From assembly GCA_031372675.1 (NCBI GenBank), contig JANMLS010000039.1, positions 7,587-71,586 on the forward strand: DNA of 64,000 nt, read 5' to 3'. This stretch comes from Verrucomicrobiaceae bacterium. GTDB lineage: Bacteria > Verrucomicrobiota > Verrucomicrobiia > Chthoniobacterales > Chthoniobacteraceae. Below, piece by piece: positions 27,901 through 35,662 of this stretch. Numbering within the stretch: the first letter of the stretch is position 1; every line of letters begins with the position of its first letter. Below the pieces are notes generated by a model. It ran no database searches and was not told where the DNA came from. It saw only the letters and a program-made list of their open reading frames with translations. Both the position numbers and the translations under genes were made by a program.

Positions 27901-30900
27901 ATCCGAATGCAGTGCTATCCATCAAGCTCAAGCTCGCCACGCGGTCCAAAGATGCGCGGCTGATCACCATCGCCACGCCCACCGTCGCCGCGCCCGTAAT
28001 GCTCGCAGAATGGAAGCTCTCGCCCGACACCGCGCAGCGCATCGCGTACGAGAGCGGAACCCTGACGCCAACAGGCGGAGCCGTGGATACATCAGGCTTC
28101 GCGGGGATCATGCGGATGCTGGAGAAACGGACATTTTTCAGCATTGTCGGGATCGCTGGTGCGATTGGGATGTTGCTGTTTTCCGTTCTCGCATGGCGTT
28201 CCGGTGTGGCGGTGAGTGTGAATCGGCACACGCCGCGTCATTCGATGGCGATGTTCTTTGGAATCGTGGCATTTGTGTTCGCGATGCTCGCGCTCGTTGC
28301 GCTTGCGAGCCTCGCGGAGCGTCAAAACACTTTTGCGCCGTCCGAGATTTCCTTCCTTGCTCCGGTGCAGCAGCCGGGGAGTTCGCTGAATGTGACCATC
28401 TCAAACATCCCGATGAAAAATTCCGCAATCCAAATGCCAAACGTAGGCTGGCTGGCACTTGTCGCGGTGGCAGTCTGGATCACCGCCGCAGTCACAAAGC
28501 GTCCCGCGCTGGTTCTAGGCGGCTGGCTCGTCCTCGTGTGGGCGGTGCTGCAAGCGGAGAACGGCGCGAGTCTTCTGTTTGTGCTGCTCGGCGTCTTTGC
28601 GCTCATTCACATCGCCATCCCAGCGATTCGCAGACTTATGAAAGTGCCCGTCCAGCCAAGGCAGGAGCCGCCCGCGCCGCCAGCGGTTGCGGCGATGCTG
28701 ATCGGTGCGCTGTCCATTTTCGCGCTGCCAGCATCCGCGCAGGAGCCGCCGAAAAATGCACCCGTAGCCGAGACGTTTGCGCAACAAATTCGCGTGGATG
28801 AAAAGTTCGCCTTCGCGACTGCGAAGATTCACTGGCCTGCACAAAAGGGGCAGAAGCTGCCGGTGCTGTTTGATCCTGCGGTGCTGACGAAAGCGACGTA
28901 TCCCGAAGCAAAGCTCAAGCTGGTCCAAAACGTTGCCAACGGCGTGCGCGGCCACTTTTTGCTCGCACTGGAATCGGGCGATTACGATGTCGAGCTGGAG
29001 TATCAGTTTGCAGTCACGACGAATGAAAACGGCACGGGAATCAAAGTGCCGTCGGGCTTCGGAATCGTGAACTCGCTCACGCTCACGCTCGCAAATCTCG
29101 ATGTGGATGTGATGTCGCCGCAGGCTGTCTCGGTGGACCGAAAGACTGCGGACAAGTCCACAGTGGCCGCGCTCATCCTCGCTCCGGCAAACGATTGCTG
29201 GATTGGCTGGAAGCCCCGCAGCCGCGATGTCGCGAAGGAAAAAACCGTCTTCCACGCAGAGCTTACGCAACTGGCGATCCCGACTGCGGGCGTGGTCGAA
29301 GGGCTGTCGCATATTTCCATCAAGCCATCGCAGGGTGAATTGGCGGAGCTGGTTTTCTCCGTGCCGAAAGGAACCACCATCACCGATGTGATCGATCCGA
29401 ACACGCTCGTGGAGCGGAAGCCAAAACCGGCGGCGTCCATTGTCTCGCAGTGGCGTTTTGATCCTGATGCGGGCAAGCTCCGCGTCGCACTCGCGCCGAG
29501 TCAGTCGCGCCCGTTTGCGCTGCTCGTGCGTTCGCAGATCGCGACCGGACCGCTTCCTGTCACGCAGAATGTCGGACTCATTTCGCCGGAAGGCGCGGCG
29601 AGCGAGATCGGCATGTTTGCTGTGGCGACGGGGAATGAAGTGCAGCTCAACACGGTGACTTCCGAGAAGCTGACGCCGATCAATTTGGAGGACTACCCCG
29701 CGAATCTCGCGGGTGCGCTGGCAACGCAAGTTCCTGGGCTTACCGTGCGACGCGCATTCCGGTATGCAGACCCGAAATCCACGGCGGCGATTGCTGCGTC
29801 GGCGGTGGAGCCTGATGTCCGCGTGGAATCGCGCGATACGCTTTCGCTCGGCGAAGACCGCGTGTTGCTCGCTGTGGATGCAAATGTGGAAATCACGCGG
29901 GCGGGCATATTCCGCCTGAGCTTTCCACTTCCTGCCGGAATGGACGTGGAATCCATCGCAGGGGAAGTTGTGAGCCATTGGACGGAATCGAAGACCGGAG
30001 AAGCGCGAATCATCACCCTGCATCTGCGCGGTCGGACGGAAGGAAAGCAGAAGTTTTCCATCTCGCTCGCTGGCCCCGGAATCAAGGCGCAGAAAGCATG
30101 GAAGGCTCCGCGTGTCGTCTTCCGCGAGGCAGGAAAACAGCACGGCTCATTCGTCGTTGTGCCTGAGCAGGGGATGCGTTTGCAGGTGGCCGCTCGCGAT
30201 GGCGTGACGCAGCTCGACCCGCAAAAATCCGGCATCAAGCAAAAGGGCGTGCTCGCTTTCCGCGTGCTGCAAACGCCGTGGAATCTCGCGATGGATGTGG
30301 AGCAAGTGGATGCCTGGGTGCAGGTGACGAGTCTCCAGCACGCAGTCGTCGGCGAGGCGCAGGTAAAAGTGACTGCGAATCTGCAATACGAGATCGAAAA
30401 CACGGGACTGAAATCGTTCACCGTCGCGCTGCCGGTCGGCGCAGAGAACGTGCGGTTTAGCGGTGAGAATGTGTCCGATTTTCTCCTCGTAAAAGACGCC
30501 GTGAATGCAGGGTTGCAGACATGGGAAGTGAAACTTGGTCGTCGGGTAATCGGGCAGTATTTGCTGCAAGCGACTTACCAGACCGCTGTGGCTGCGCAGT
30601 CTTCCGCTACGAGCGTGACTGGAGTGCTGGCTGCTGGCGTGAATCTCCAGCGCGGGTTCGTCACTGTGCAATCGGGCGGGCGCTTGCAGCTCAGTGTGGA
30701 TGGGCTTCCAGCGGCGCTCCAGCCAGCGGAGTGGCAGAGCATCCCGCGCTCGCTGCAACAGGATTTAACGGCGTCATCGGCGAGCTTTGCCTACCGGATT
30801 GTGGAGCCTGCATTCGTGCTCCCGCTCAAAATTCAGCGGCACGAAGCCGCGAAGCTGCTCCCAGCGCGAGTGAATAGCATCACGCTGAAATCCGTGATCG

Positions 30901-31931
30901 CAGACAGCGGCGCGATGCTTACCGAAGTCCGCATGGAAATGCTGCCGGGCGACAAGCGGCTGCTTTTTGTCACGCTTCCAAAGGATGCGCGATTCTGGTT
31001 CGCCTACGTGAATCAAAACGGCGTGTGGCCTTGGCGCGAGGGCGACCAGATTCTCATCCCGCTGGAGCAACAGTCGCAGGGCGGCGAAGCGATTCCGGTG
31101 ACGCTTTTTTACAGCAGCCAGATCGGCAAGCCCGGCACCAGCACGCTCGATCTCCAGCTCCAAGCTCCGAAGTTTGATCTGCCGCTCGAAAACATCGTCT
31201 GGAACGTCTATCTCAACGAAAAATGGGACATCAAGGAGTGGACTGGTTCTCTGCAAAAAAAGGCGGACCGCGTGGTGTGGCGTTCGGAGTCGGTGAATGT
31301 GAAAGGCTATCTCGAAGGCGAGCAACTCCAGCAAAAGAAGAAAACCCAAGCTGCTGAACAGCAACTCGCGCTTGGCAACAAGGCGCTCGAAGTCGGCGAT
31401 CAGCAAATGGCACGGCGTGCTTTCGGAAATGCCTACGGACTTAGCCAGCACGACATGGCCTTCAATGAGGATGCCCGCGTCCAACTCCATAATCTCAAGC
31501 TCCAGCAGGCACTTGTCGGCCTGAACATCCGCGGTAACAACACTGCTGCCGTGGATAACGGACTCGTCGGAAAACTCCGCAGCAGTGCCGCCGAGCCGAA
31601 CTACACGCAGCAAGACGCGAAGCAAATCCTCGACAACAACAGCGCCGACGAAAACGCCGCGCTCACAAAGCTCGCCGAGCGTCTCATCGAGCAGCAAAAC
31701 GCCGCCGTCGCCGCGCCAGCAGTGATTCAAGCAAGCATCCCGGAGCAGGGAAGGCTGATCACTTTCAGCCGCTCCGTCGCTGTGGACACGCAGGCTGATT
31801 TGCAAATTGGCATCAAAGCAAAGACGAGTGGTGCAGCCTCGCCACTCGGACGCGGTGTGATGCTCGCGGCCACATTGCTCTTACTCGCGCTCGGCAGAAT
31901 TTCGGGACGCGCGTTTGCGAAGAACGCCTAG
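24915..31931 (+). CDS. giant (about 2,338 aa) membrane protein with two paralogous extracytoplasmic halves separated by a TM bundle
   Basis: ATGA overlap with the anti-sigma stop; an alternative start at 24945 gives the signal peptide MKLHTLTALILAPCLGFAQ. TM cluster at about nt 28130-28640, a second signal-peptide-like segment AAMLIGALSIFALPASAQEPP, a coiled-coil/TPR-like tail and a C-terminal TM. No named family recognised. Confidence 0.7.
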   Translation: MKSPRNTITLMKLHTLTALILAPCLGFAQTAEVKDLSINGGVADGKAKLTIEGTFGAPTSEQKVIFSTGIRHWIKVSREKVSTRIEAALDVLQGEPKEFALTIAGEGDIKEVTGEALQDWSIRQEPGGPKTLILRPKKGEKPLTQLAVSIVVERDMKTWKTPLAAFTVTPANAGLFSGFVRIESTPDFDVKAEGASGLLPMEAKFLPEPMRGEQPADEPEPLAFQFHGAAYALPLTISVADPESRRVVIRNFKLTGQLTEQTATFVLTATARVANPNGGSIALLSGGVALTELPKHPDWRVGASTGKYVLHFDKPGEYPLTFKFSAAVRQSGPWSAVDFRIATSALQPVVLQGLAADTQFDFAGAAKPERAGENFTSFLPPDGAVKLAWKNKLAESEGRLFYAAEMLSQISVSPGLMRQTAIIDSKVMQGELSSVALTLRGTGEVTRVLGDGVLAWDVKPGAAPGERRLNVQFNQPQKGVFTLQVQAQTPVGVFPQTMDVLEMRPENATRFAGYFRIVNEGAVRLEVVNSKGLSQVSPEQFPETETTKSTFRVGANAQRFAYRFSGADFALRVAADQILPELTVSEILAYHLGETELSVDAEFEVDIREAPLRELLLRIPKGYAVAKLTAAGMVDYFQREVDAKDAELRIVFGQPVSGRQVVQLRIEQNKALGAAEWVLPRLEVVKAKSVRGHLAASADAGFRLTAAKTQALTEIATAFFPRKIPGLQTAFRLSDDSWQATLAVERLPQAIQVDALHLFSIGEGVAYGSSVLNYVITGSPLASFKVELSGEYSNVEFSGKDIRSWEKAEGGFIVQLHTPVSGPYTLLATYERVFKAQGDTLGFAGARPLDAQSEQGHTLVISAHQFQVKEASKSKGLLPLETGEVPSEYRLFFDAPILAAYRYSARPFDLKLQLSPLAQGDSISQIVDRASLTTQISKDGEVSTDAQYFVKNRGNTHFRITLPAETQLWSATVNDASVVPVTDGNANLVPLPQQADPNAVLSIKLKLATRSKDARLITIATPTVAAPVMLAEWKLSPDTAQRIAYESGTLTPTGGAVDTSGFAGIMRMLEKRTFFSIVGIAGAIGMLLFSVLAWRSGVAVSVNRHTPRHSMAMFFGIVAFVFAMLALVALASLAERQNTFAPSEISFLAPVQQPGSSLNVTISNIPMKNSAIQMPNVGWLALVAVAVWITAAVTKRPALVLGGWLVLVWAVLQAENGASLLFVLLGVFALIHIAIPAIRRLMKVPVQPRQEPPAPPAVAAMLIGALSIFALPASAQEPPKNAPVAETFAQQIRVDEKFAFATAKIHWPAQKGQKLPVLFDPAVLTKATYPEAKLKLVQNVANGVRGHFLLALESGDYDVELEYQFAVTTNENGTGIKVPSGFGIVNSLTLTLANLDVDVMSPQAVSVDRKTADKSTVAALILAPANDCWIGWKPRSRDVAKEKTVFHAELTQLAIPTAGVVEGLSHISIKPSQGELAELVFSVPKGTTITDVIDPNTLVERKPKPAASIVSQWRFDPDAGKLRVALAPSQSRPFALLVRSQIATGPLPVTQNVGLISPEGAASEIGMFAVATGNEVQLNTVTSEKLTPINLEDYPANLAGALATQVPGLTVRRAFRYADPKSTAAIAASAVEPDVRVESRDTLSLGEDRVLLAVDANVEITRAGIFRLSFPLPAGMDVESIAGEVVSHWTESKTGEARIITLHLRGRTEGKQKFSISLAGPGIKAQKAWKAPRVVFREAGKQHGSFVVVPEQGMRLQVAARDGVTQLDPQKSGIKQKGVLAFRVLQTPWNLAMDVEQVDAWVQVTSLQHAVVGEAQVKVTANLQYEIENTGLKSFTVALPVGAENVRFSGENVSDFLLVKDAVNAGLQTWEVKLGRRVIGQYLLQATYQTAVAAQSSATSVTGVLAAGVNLQRGFVTVQSGGRLQLSVDGLPAALQPAEWQSIPRSLQQDLTASSASFAYRIVEPAFVLPLKIQRHEAAKLLPARVNSITLKSVIADSGAMLTEVRMEMLPGDKRLLFVTLPKDARFWFAYVNQNGVWPWREGDQILIPLEQQSQGGEAIPVTLFYSSQIGKPGTSTLDLQLQAPKFDLPLENIVWNVYLNEKWDIKEWTGSLQKKADRVVWRSESVNVKGYLEGEQLQQKKKTQAAEQQLALGNKALEVGDQQMARRAFGNAYGLSQHDMAFNEDARVQLHNLKLQQALVGLNIRGNNTAAVDNGLVGKLRSSAAEPNYTQQDAKQILDNNSADENAALTKLAERLIEQQNAAVAAPAVIQASIPEQGRLITFSRSVAVDTQADLQIGIKAKTSGAASPLGRGVMLAATLLLLALGRISGRAFAKNA

Positions 31932-31961
31932 ACCCGATGATCCCGAGTAGGAGTCTTGGCG

Positions 31962-32094
31962 CGTAAAGGAGCGGCGTGCGTCTCGCCGCCGACCTTGGCC
32001 TCCGCGAAGCGCATAATAATTTACTCTGGCACGCTGAAGATAATTGGCTTCGCGTTGTTGTAGTCGGCGGCCAGAGGCACGCCGCTCCTTTACG
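31962..32094. repeat. MITE-like inverted-repeat element
   Basis: 31-nt arms CGTAAAGGAGCGGCGTGCGTCTCGCCGCCGA / TCGGCGGCCAGAGGCACGCCGCTCCTTTACG (2 mismatches), with an inner CGCGAAGC...GCTTCGCG hairpin. Lies between convergent gene ends. Confidence 0.65.
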
Positions 32095-32133
32095 TCTCCC
32101 GCACCCTGCTTACACTTGAATGTCGTTACAGGA

Positions 32134-33057
32134 TTATTCGTCGAGGTCTTCCAATTCGTCATCTGGCTCGATGTGAACGAGAACATCGGCGATTTCCCGA
32201 CGATTGGCGCGGACTGCTTTTCTTACGTCATGGGCGATGCGGTGGCCCTCGCGCACGCTGAGTTGCGGCGAGACTCCGACGTGAATATCCACGTAAAAAT
32301 CGAGGCCCATTTTACGAATGCGGCAGATGTCCAGTGCGCTCACGCCTGGCACAGCGGCGGCGATGGCGCGGATTTCATCCTCCATGGATTTTGATGGCGC
32401 AGTGTCCATCGCTTCGTGGAGCGCGGCGCGGAAAAACTGGATGCCATTCCAGCCGATGATGCCGCTGGCGATGAGCGCGGCCCAATCGTCAGCAGCGGCG
32501 TATTCCGTCCAAAGCGCGAGCGCGATTCCGAAAAATGCAAGCGCACTGGTGATGGCGTCGCTGCGGTGATGCCAAGCCTCGGTCTTCACTGCGCCCGATC
32601 CGATTTCCACGCCGGCCTTTGCGACTTTTCTATAGAGCGTCTCTTTTATGACGATGACGCCGATGAGCACGAAAAGCGTGAATGTCGCAGGCATCTGATG
32701 AGGCGTGCGAATCTCGCGGATGCTTTGCACGGCAAGGCCCACTGCGGCGGCGAGGATGGTCAAAGCGACGACCAGCGCCGCTACGACTTCGGCTTTTCCG
32801 TGGCCGTAGGGATGCTCATCATCCGGTGGTTCCGCTGCAACCCGCAGGCCAAACCACACAACGAGCGAGCCAAAAATATCGAGCAGAGATTCGACGCCAT
32901 CAGCGATGAGCGCGTAGGTGTTGCCGAGCAGCCCTGCCATAATTTTCACGATGGCAAGGACGGCATTCACGAGCACGCCCAGCACCGCAAGCCGTGCGCC
33001 GGAAAGGTATCCAGTGCGCGTAGGGCGCTCAGTTGAAGGCTTGGCAGGCTCGGTCAT
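32134..33057 (-). CDS. cation diffusion facilitator (CDF) family metal efflux transporter
   Basis: Start at MTEPAKPS. ALIADGVESLLD, HPYGHGKAE, AWHHRSDAITS and the C-terminal cytoplasmic domain VHIEP are CDF hallmarks. The upstream 131 codons of the ORF are antisense overlap. Confidence 0.85.
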   Translation of the reverse strand: MTEPAKPSTERPTRTGYLSGARLAVLGVLVNAVLAIVKIMAGLLGNTYALIADGVESLLDIFGSLVVWFGLRVAAEPPDDEHPYGHGKAEVVAALVVALTILAAAVGLAVQSIREIRTPHQMPATFTLFVLIGVIVIKETLYRKVAKAGVEIGSGAVKTEAWHHRSDAITSALAFFGIALALWTEYAAADDWAALIASGIIGWNGIQFFRAALHEAMDTAPSKSMEDEIRAIAAAVPGVSALDICRIRKMGLDFYVDIHVGVSPQLSVREGHRIAHDVRKAVRANRREIADVLVHIEPDDELEDLDE

Positions 33058-33079
33058 CTGGATGCACGCTACCGATCCT

Positions 33080-34039
33080 ATGAGCAATGTCAGCGCGATA
33101 GTCATTTCCGAGCACGGCGATCCGGCCACAGTAGCGAAGCTGGAGAGTCTCCCTCTCACGGAACCCGTCGCGGGCGAAGTGCCCGTGCGTGTGCTGCTCG
33201 CGCCCATCCATCCTGCGGACATCAATGTGCTCGAAGGCAAATATCCCGTGCTGCCGGAGCTTCCCGGAGTGCCCGGCGTGGAGGGCGTGGGTGAGGTGGA
33301 GGAAGACTGCGGGGATTTGAAAAAAGGGACGCGCGTTTTGCTGCCGCACCGCTTCGGGACGTGGCGCGAGGGCGGCATCGCAAAAGCTGCGGACCTTGTG
33401 CCTGTGCCGCACGACATCCCGCTGGAGCAGGCCGCGATGTTGCGCATCAATCCAGCGACCGCGCTTTGTATGCTGCGCGAGTTTGTCGATCTGGAGCCGG
33501 GCGCTTGGGTGTTTCAAAATGGGGCAAACTCCGCCGTGGGCCGCTGCGTCATCCGCATGTGCAGACACTTTGGATGGAAGTCGCTGAATATCGTGCGGCG
33601 CGAGGAACTGCTTACGGAACTCGGCAACGAAGGCGCGGAAGCTGTGCTGCTCGACTCCACGGAACTCCCGCGACTCGGCGCAAAGCTCGCGCTCAACACC
33701 GTGGGCGGCGAAAGCGCGACGCAGCTCGCCGGTGCGCTGGCAGACGGCGGCACGATTATCACCTACGGCGCGATGGCGCGGCGGCCTCTCAAAATCTCGA
33801 ACGGCCAACTCATTTTCAACGACATCACATGGCGCGGATTCTGGGTCACGCGCTGGTATCAAGCAGCCAGTCCAGAAGGCCGCGCAGCGATGCTCGAAGA
33901 ACTGTTTGGCCTTGTCCGTGCGGGCGTCGTGGCGACGCCGGTGGAGGCGATTTATCCACTCGCTGAAATCTCTCGTGCGCTGGAGCACGCGCAAAAGTCC
34001 GGGCGAAGTGGGAAAGTTTTGCTGCGATGCTCGGAGTAG
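33080..34039 (+). CDS. MDR-superfamily NAD(P)H-dependent enoyl reductase / quinone oxidoreductase (Etr1/MECR-like)
   Basis: Start at MSNVSAIVISEHG (alternative start 33062). APIHPADINVLEGKYPV, GVEGVGEV and GANSAVG (Rossmann). Confidence 0.8.
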   Translation: MSNVSAIVISEHGDPATVAKLESLPLTEPVAGEVPVRVLLAPIHPADINVLEGKYPVLPELPGVPGVEGVGEVEEDCGDLKKGTRVLLPHRFGTWREGGIAKAADLVPVPHDIPLEQAAMLRINPATALCMLREFVDLEPGAWVFQNGANSAVGRCVIRMCRHFGWKSLNIVRREELLTELGNEGAEAVLLDSTELPRLGAKLALNTVGGESATQLAGALADGGTIITYGAMARRPLKISNGQLIFNDITWRGFWVTRWYQAASPEGRAAMLEELFGLVRAGVVATPVEAIYPLAEISRALEHAQKSGRSGKVLLRCSE

Positions 34040-34056
34040 CGACGTAAAGAAATCGC

Positions 34057-34731
34057 ATGTCGAAAAACAATCCCGTCGAAATCATACGACCATCGCCGAA
34101 GTCGCTGCGAATCACGCTCGCCGTGATTTTTCTCTCCATCGCGGGCAGCTTGGTTTTTGGCTGGCTGAAGTGGAAACGCTTCGACGAAGAGTGGAAAAAA
34201 TTCGGCCCCTGTGAAGCAAGCGGCGGTATTTTCCAGCAGCCGAGGCTGGAGTTAAAAGTGCCCATTTTTCGCCAGAGCGATGCGCGCTGGGCGCAGGATA
34301 AACTCGGTAGCACCGAAGCCTCGCTTGCAGCGGAAGGCTGCGCGGTGGCGAGCGCGGCGATGGTGTTTTCCTCCTACGGATTCGACACCGATCCCGGACG
34401 GCTGAACAAGCATCTCACCGACAACGAAGGCTACGTGGGCAATGGCTGGATTGTGTGGGAAAAGGCTGCGGAAATCACCGAAGGGAAAGTCGAGAAAGCC
34501 TACGAAGACGCTCCGAGTTTCTGGCTCATTGACATGAATCTCCGCGCTGGAAATCCCGTGATCGCGAGGCTGAAATCGCCCGCTGGAACTCACTTCGTCG
34601 TCATCTGCGGAAAAGACGGATACGATTACCTCACCTGCGATCCCGGCACTGCAGAAGGTCGCGGCGTTTATCCGCTGAAAGATTACGGCGGGCAAATTGA
34701 TGGCCTGCGTTTTTATCGGCGGCTGCGTTAA
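34057..34731 (+). CDS. membrane-anchored papain-like cysteine peptidase (C39-like domain)
   Basis: N-terminal TM. FRQSDARWAQDKLG...AAEGCAVASAAMVFSSYG (candidate catalytic Cys) and GTHFVVICG (candidate His) resemble Peptidase_C39_2-type domains. Confidence 0.5.
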   Translation: MSKNNPVEIIRPSPKSLRITLAVIFLSIAGSLVFGWLKWKRFDEEWKKFGPCEASGGIFQQPRLELKVPIFRQSDARWAQDKLGSTEASLAAEGCAVASAAMVFSSYGFDTDPGRLNKHLTDNEGYVGNGWIVWEKAAEITEGKVEKAYEDAPSFWLIDMNLRAGNPVIARLKSPAGTHFVVICGKDGYDYLTCDPGTAEGRGVYPLKDYGGQIDGLRFYRRLR

Positions 34732-34747
34732 GGGTTGAGATATTTTA

Positions 34748-35662
34748 TTACTGCGGGGCGATGAAGATGCGGCCTGCGCGGCGGCGGGCGCAGAGGTCGC
34801 CGGGGAGATTTACTTTTGCGCGTGCGGTGGTGATTAGGGCGAGGACAGATTCCACTTCGTCGAAGCCGATGCTGCTGATTCCTTGCGCGGTGAGCCAGCG
34901 GTGGATGAGGCGTCGTTGCATCGCGAGTGGGAGGCTGCGGAGCGTGTCGGTGGAAAGCTGCGCGGAGATTTCGGTGAGTTCGGGAAGAGCGGAGAGGTAT
35001 GCGTCTTCGGCGGCGTGGATTTCAGCGGCTCGCCAGACAGCGCGGCGGACATCGCGTTGCATGATTTCGTTGAGCGCGGGGATACCTTGGTGGCGGATGC
35101 GGTTGCGCGTGAAGCGTGTCTCGGCGTTGCTTTCGTCATCGCGAAACGGGACGCGGTGCGCGGCGATGTAGGCGTCAATTTCCTCGCGCCAGATGGGGAG
35201 AAATGGACGCAGCAGGCAGAGCGACACGCCATCCACGACGCGCTCGCTTTCTTCGCGCATCGCGCCGGGTCCGCCGCGAAGGAGATTGAAAAGGAATGTC
35301 TCTACCTGGTCATCGGCGTGGTGTGCGAGAAGGACGCGGCGGCAATCATGCTCGCGGGCCGCGCGAGCTAGAAAGCGGTATCGCGCTTCGCGGGCAGCGG
35401 CTTCGACGGAGCTTGTGGCGGGGATTTCCACGCGCTCGATGATTTCGGGCAGGCGGAGTAAATGCGCGTGTGCTTTGACAAATTGCGCGTCTTCCGCGCT
35501 GGCATTGCGAAGACCGTGATCGAGGTGGCAGACGACGAGTTGGCGACAACCGCCATCGAGCAGCCAGTGGAGCATCGCCATCGAATCGCGACCGCCGGAT
35601 ACGGCGACGAGATATTTCAGCGCGGGGTCGGGCAGCTTCGCGGCGGCGAGCGGGCGGCTCAC
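34748..35662 (-). CDS. tilS: tRNA(Ile)-lysidine synthase
   Basis: PP-loop VAVSGGRDSMAML, plus LLAHHADDQVETFLFNLLRG. Confidence 0.85.
   Translation of the reverse strand: MSRPLAAAKLPDPALKYLVAVSGGRDSMAMLHWLLDGGCRQLVVCHLDHGLRNASAEDAQFVKAHAHLLRLPEIIERVEIPATSSVEAAAREARYRFLARAAREHDCRRVLLAHHADDQVETFLFNLLRGGPGAMREESERVVDGVSLCLLRPFLPIWREEIDAYIAAHRVPFRDDESNAETRFTRNRIRHQGIPALNEIMQRDVRRAVWRAAEIHAAEDAYLSALPELTEISAQLSTDTLRSLPLAMQRRLIHRWLTAQGISSIGFDEVESVLALITTARAKVNLPGDLCARRRAGRIFIAPQ

Noticed and set aside
32134-33450. Full-length 438-aa version of the CDF ORF, and other long N-terminal extensions (920..1126, 12511..12567, 36841..36942, 61869..61940, 63451..63534)
   Set aside because: The extensions overlap neighbouring genes or intergenic repeats and are Arg/Ser/Pro-rich. 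They precede much better starts that give signal peptides or family-typical N-termini.
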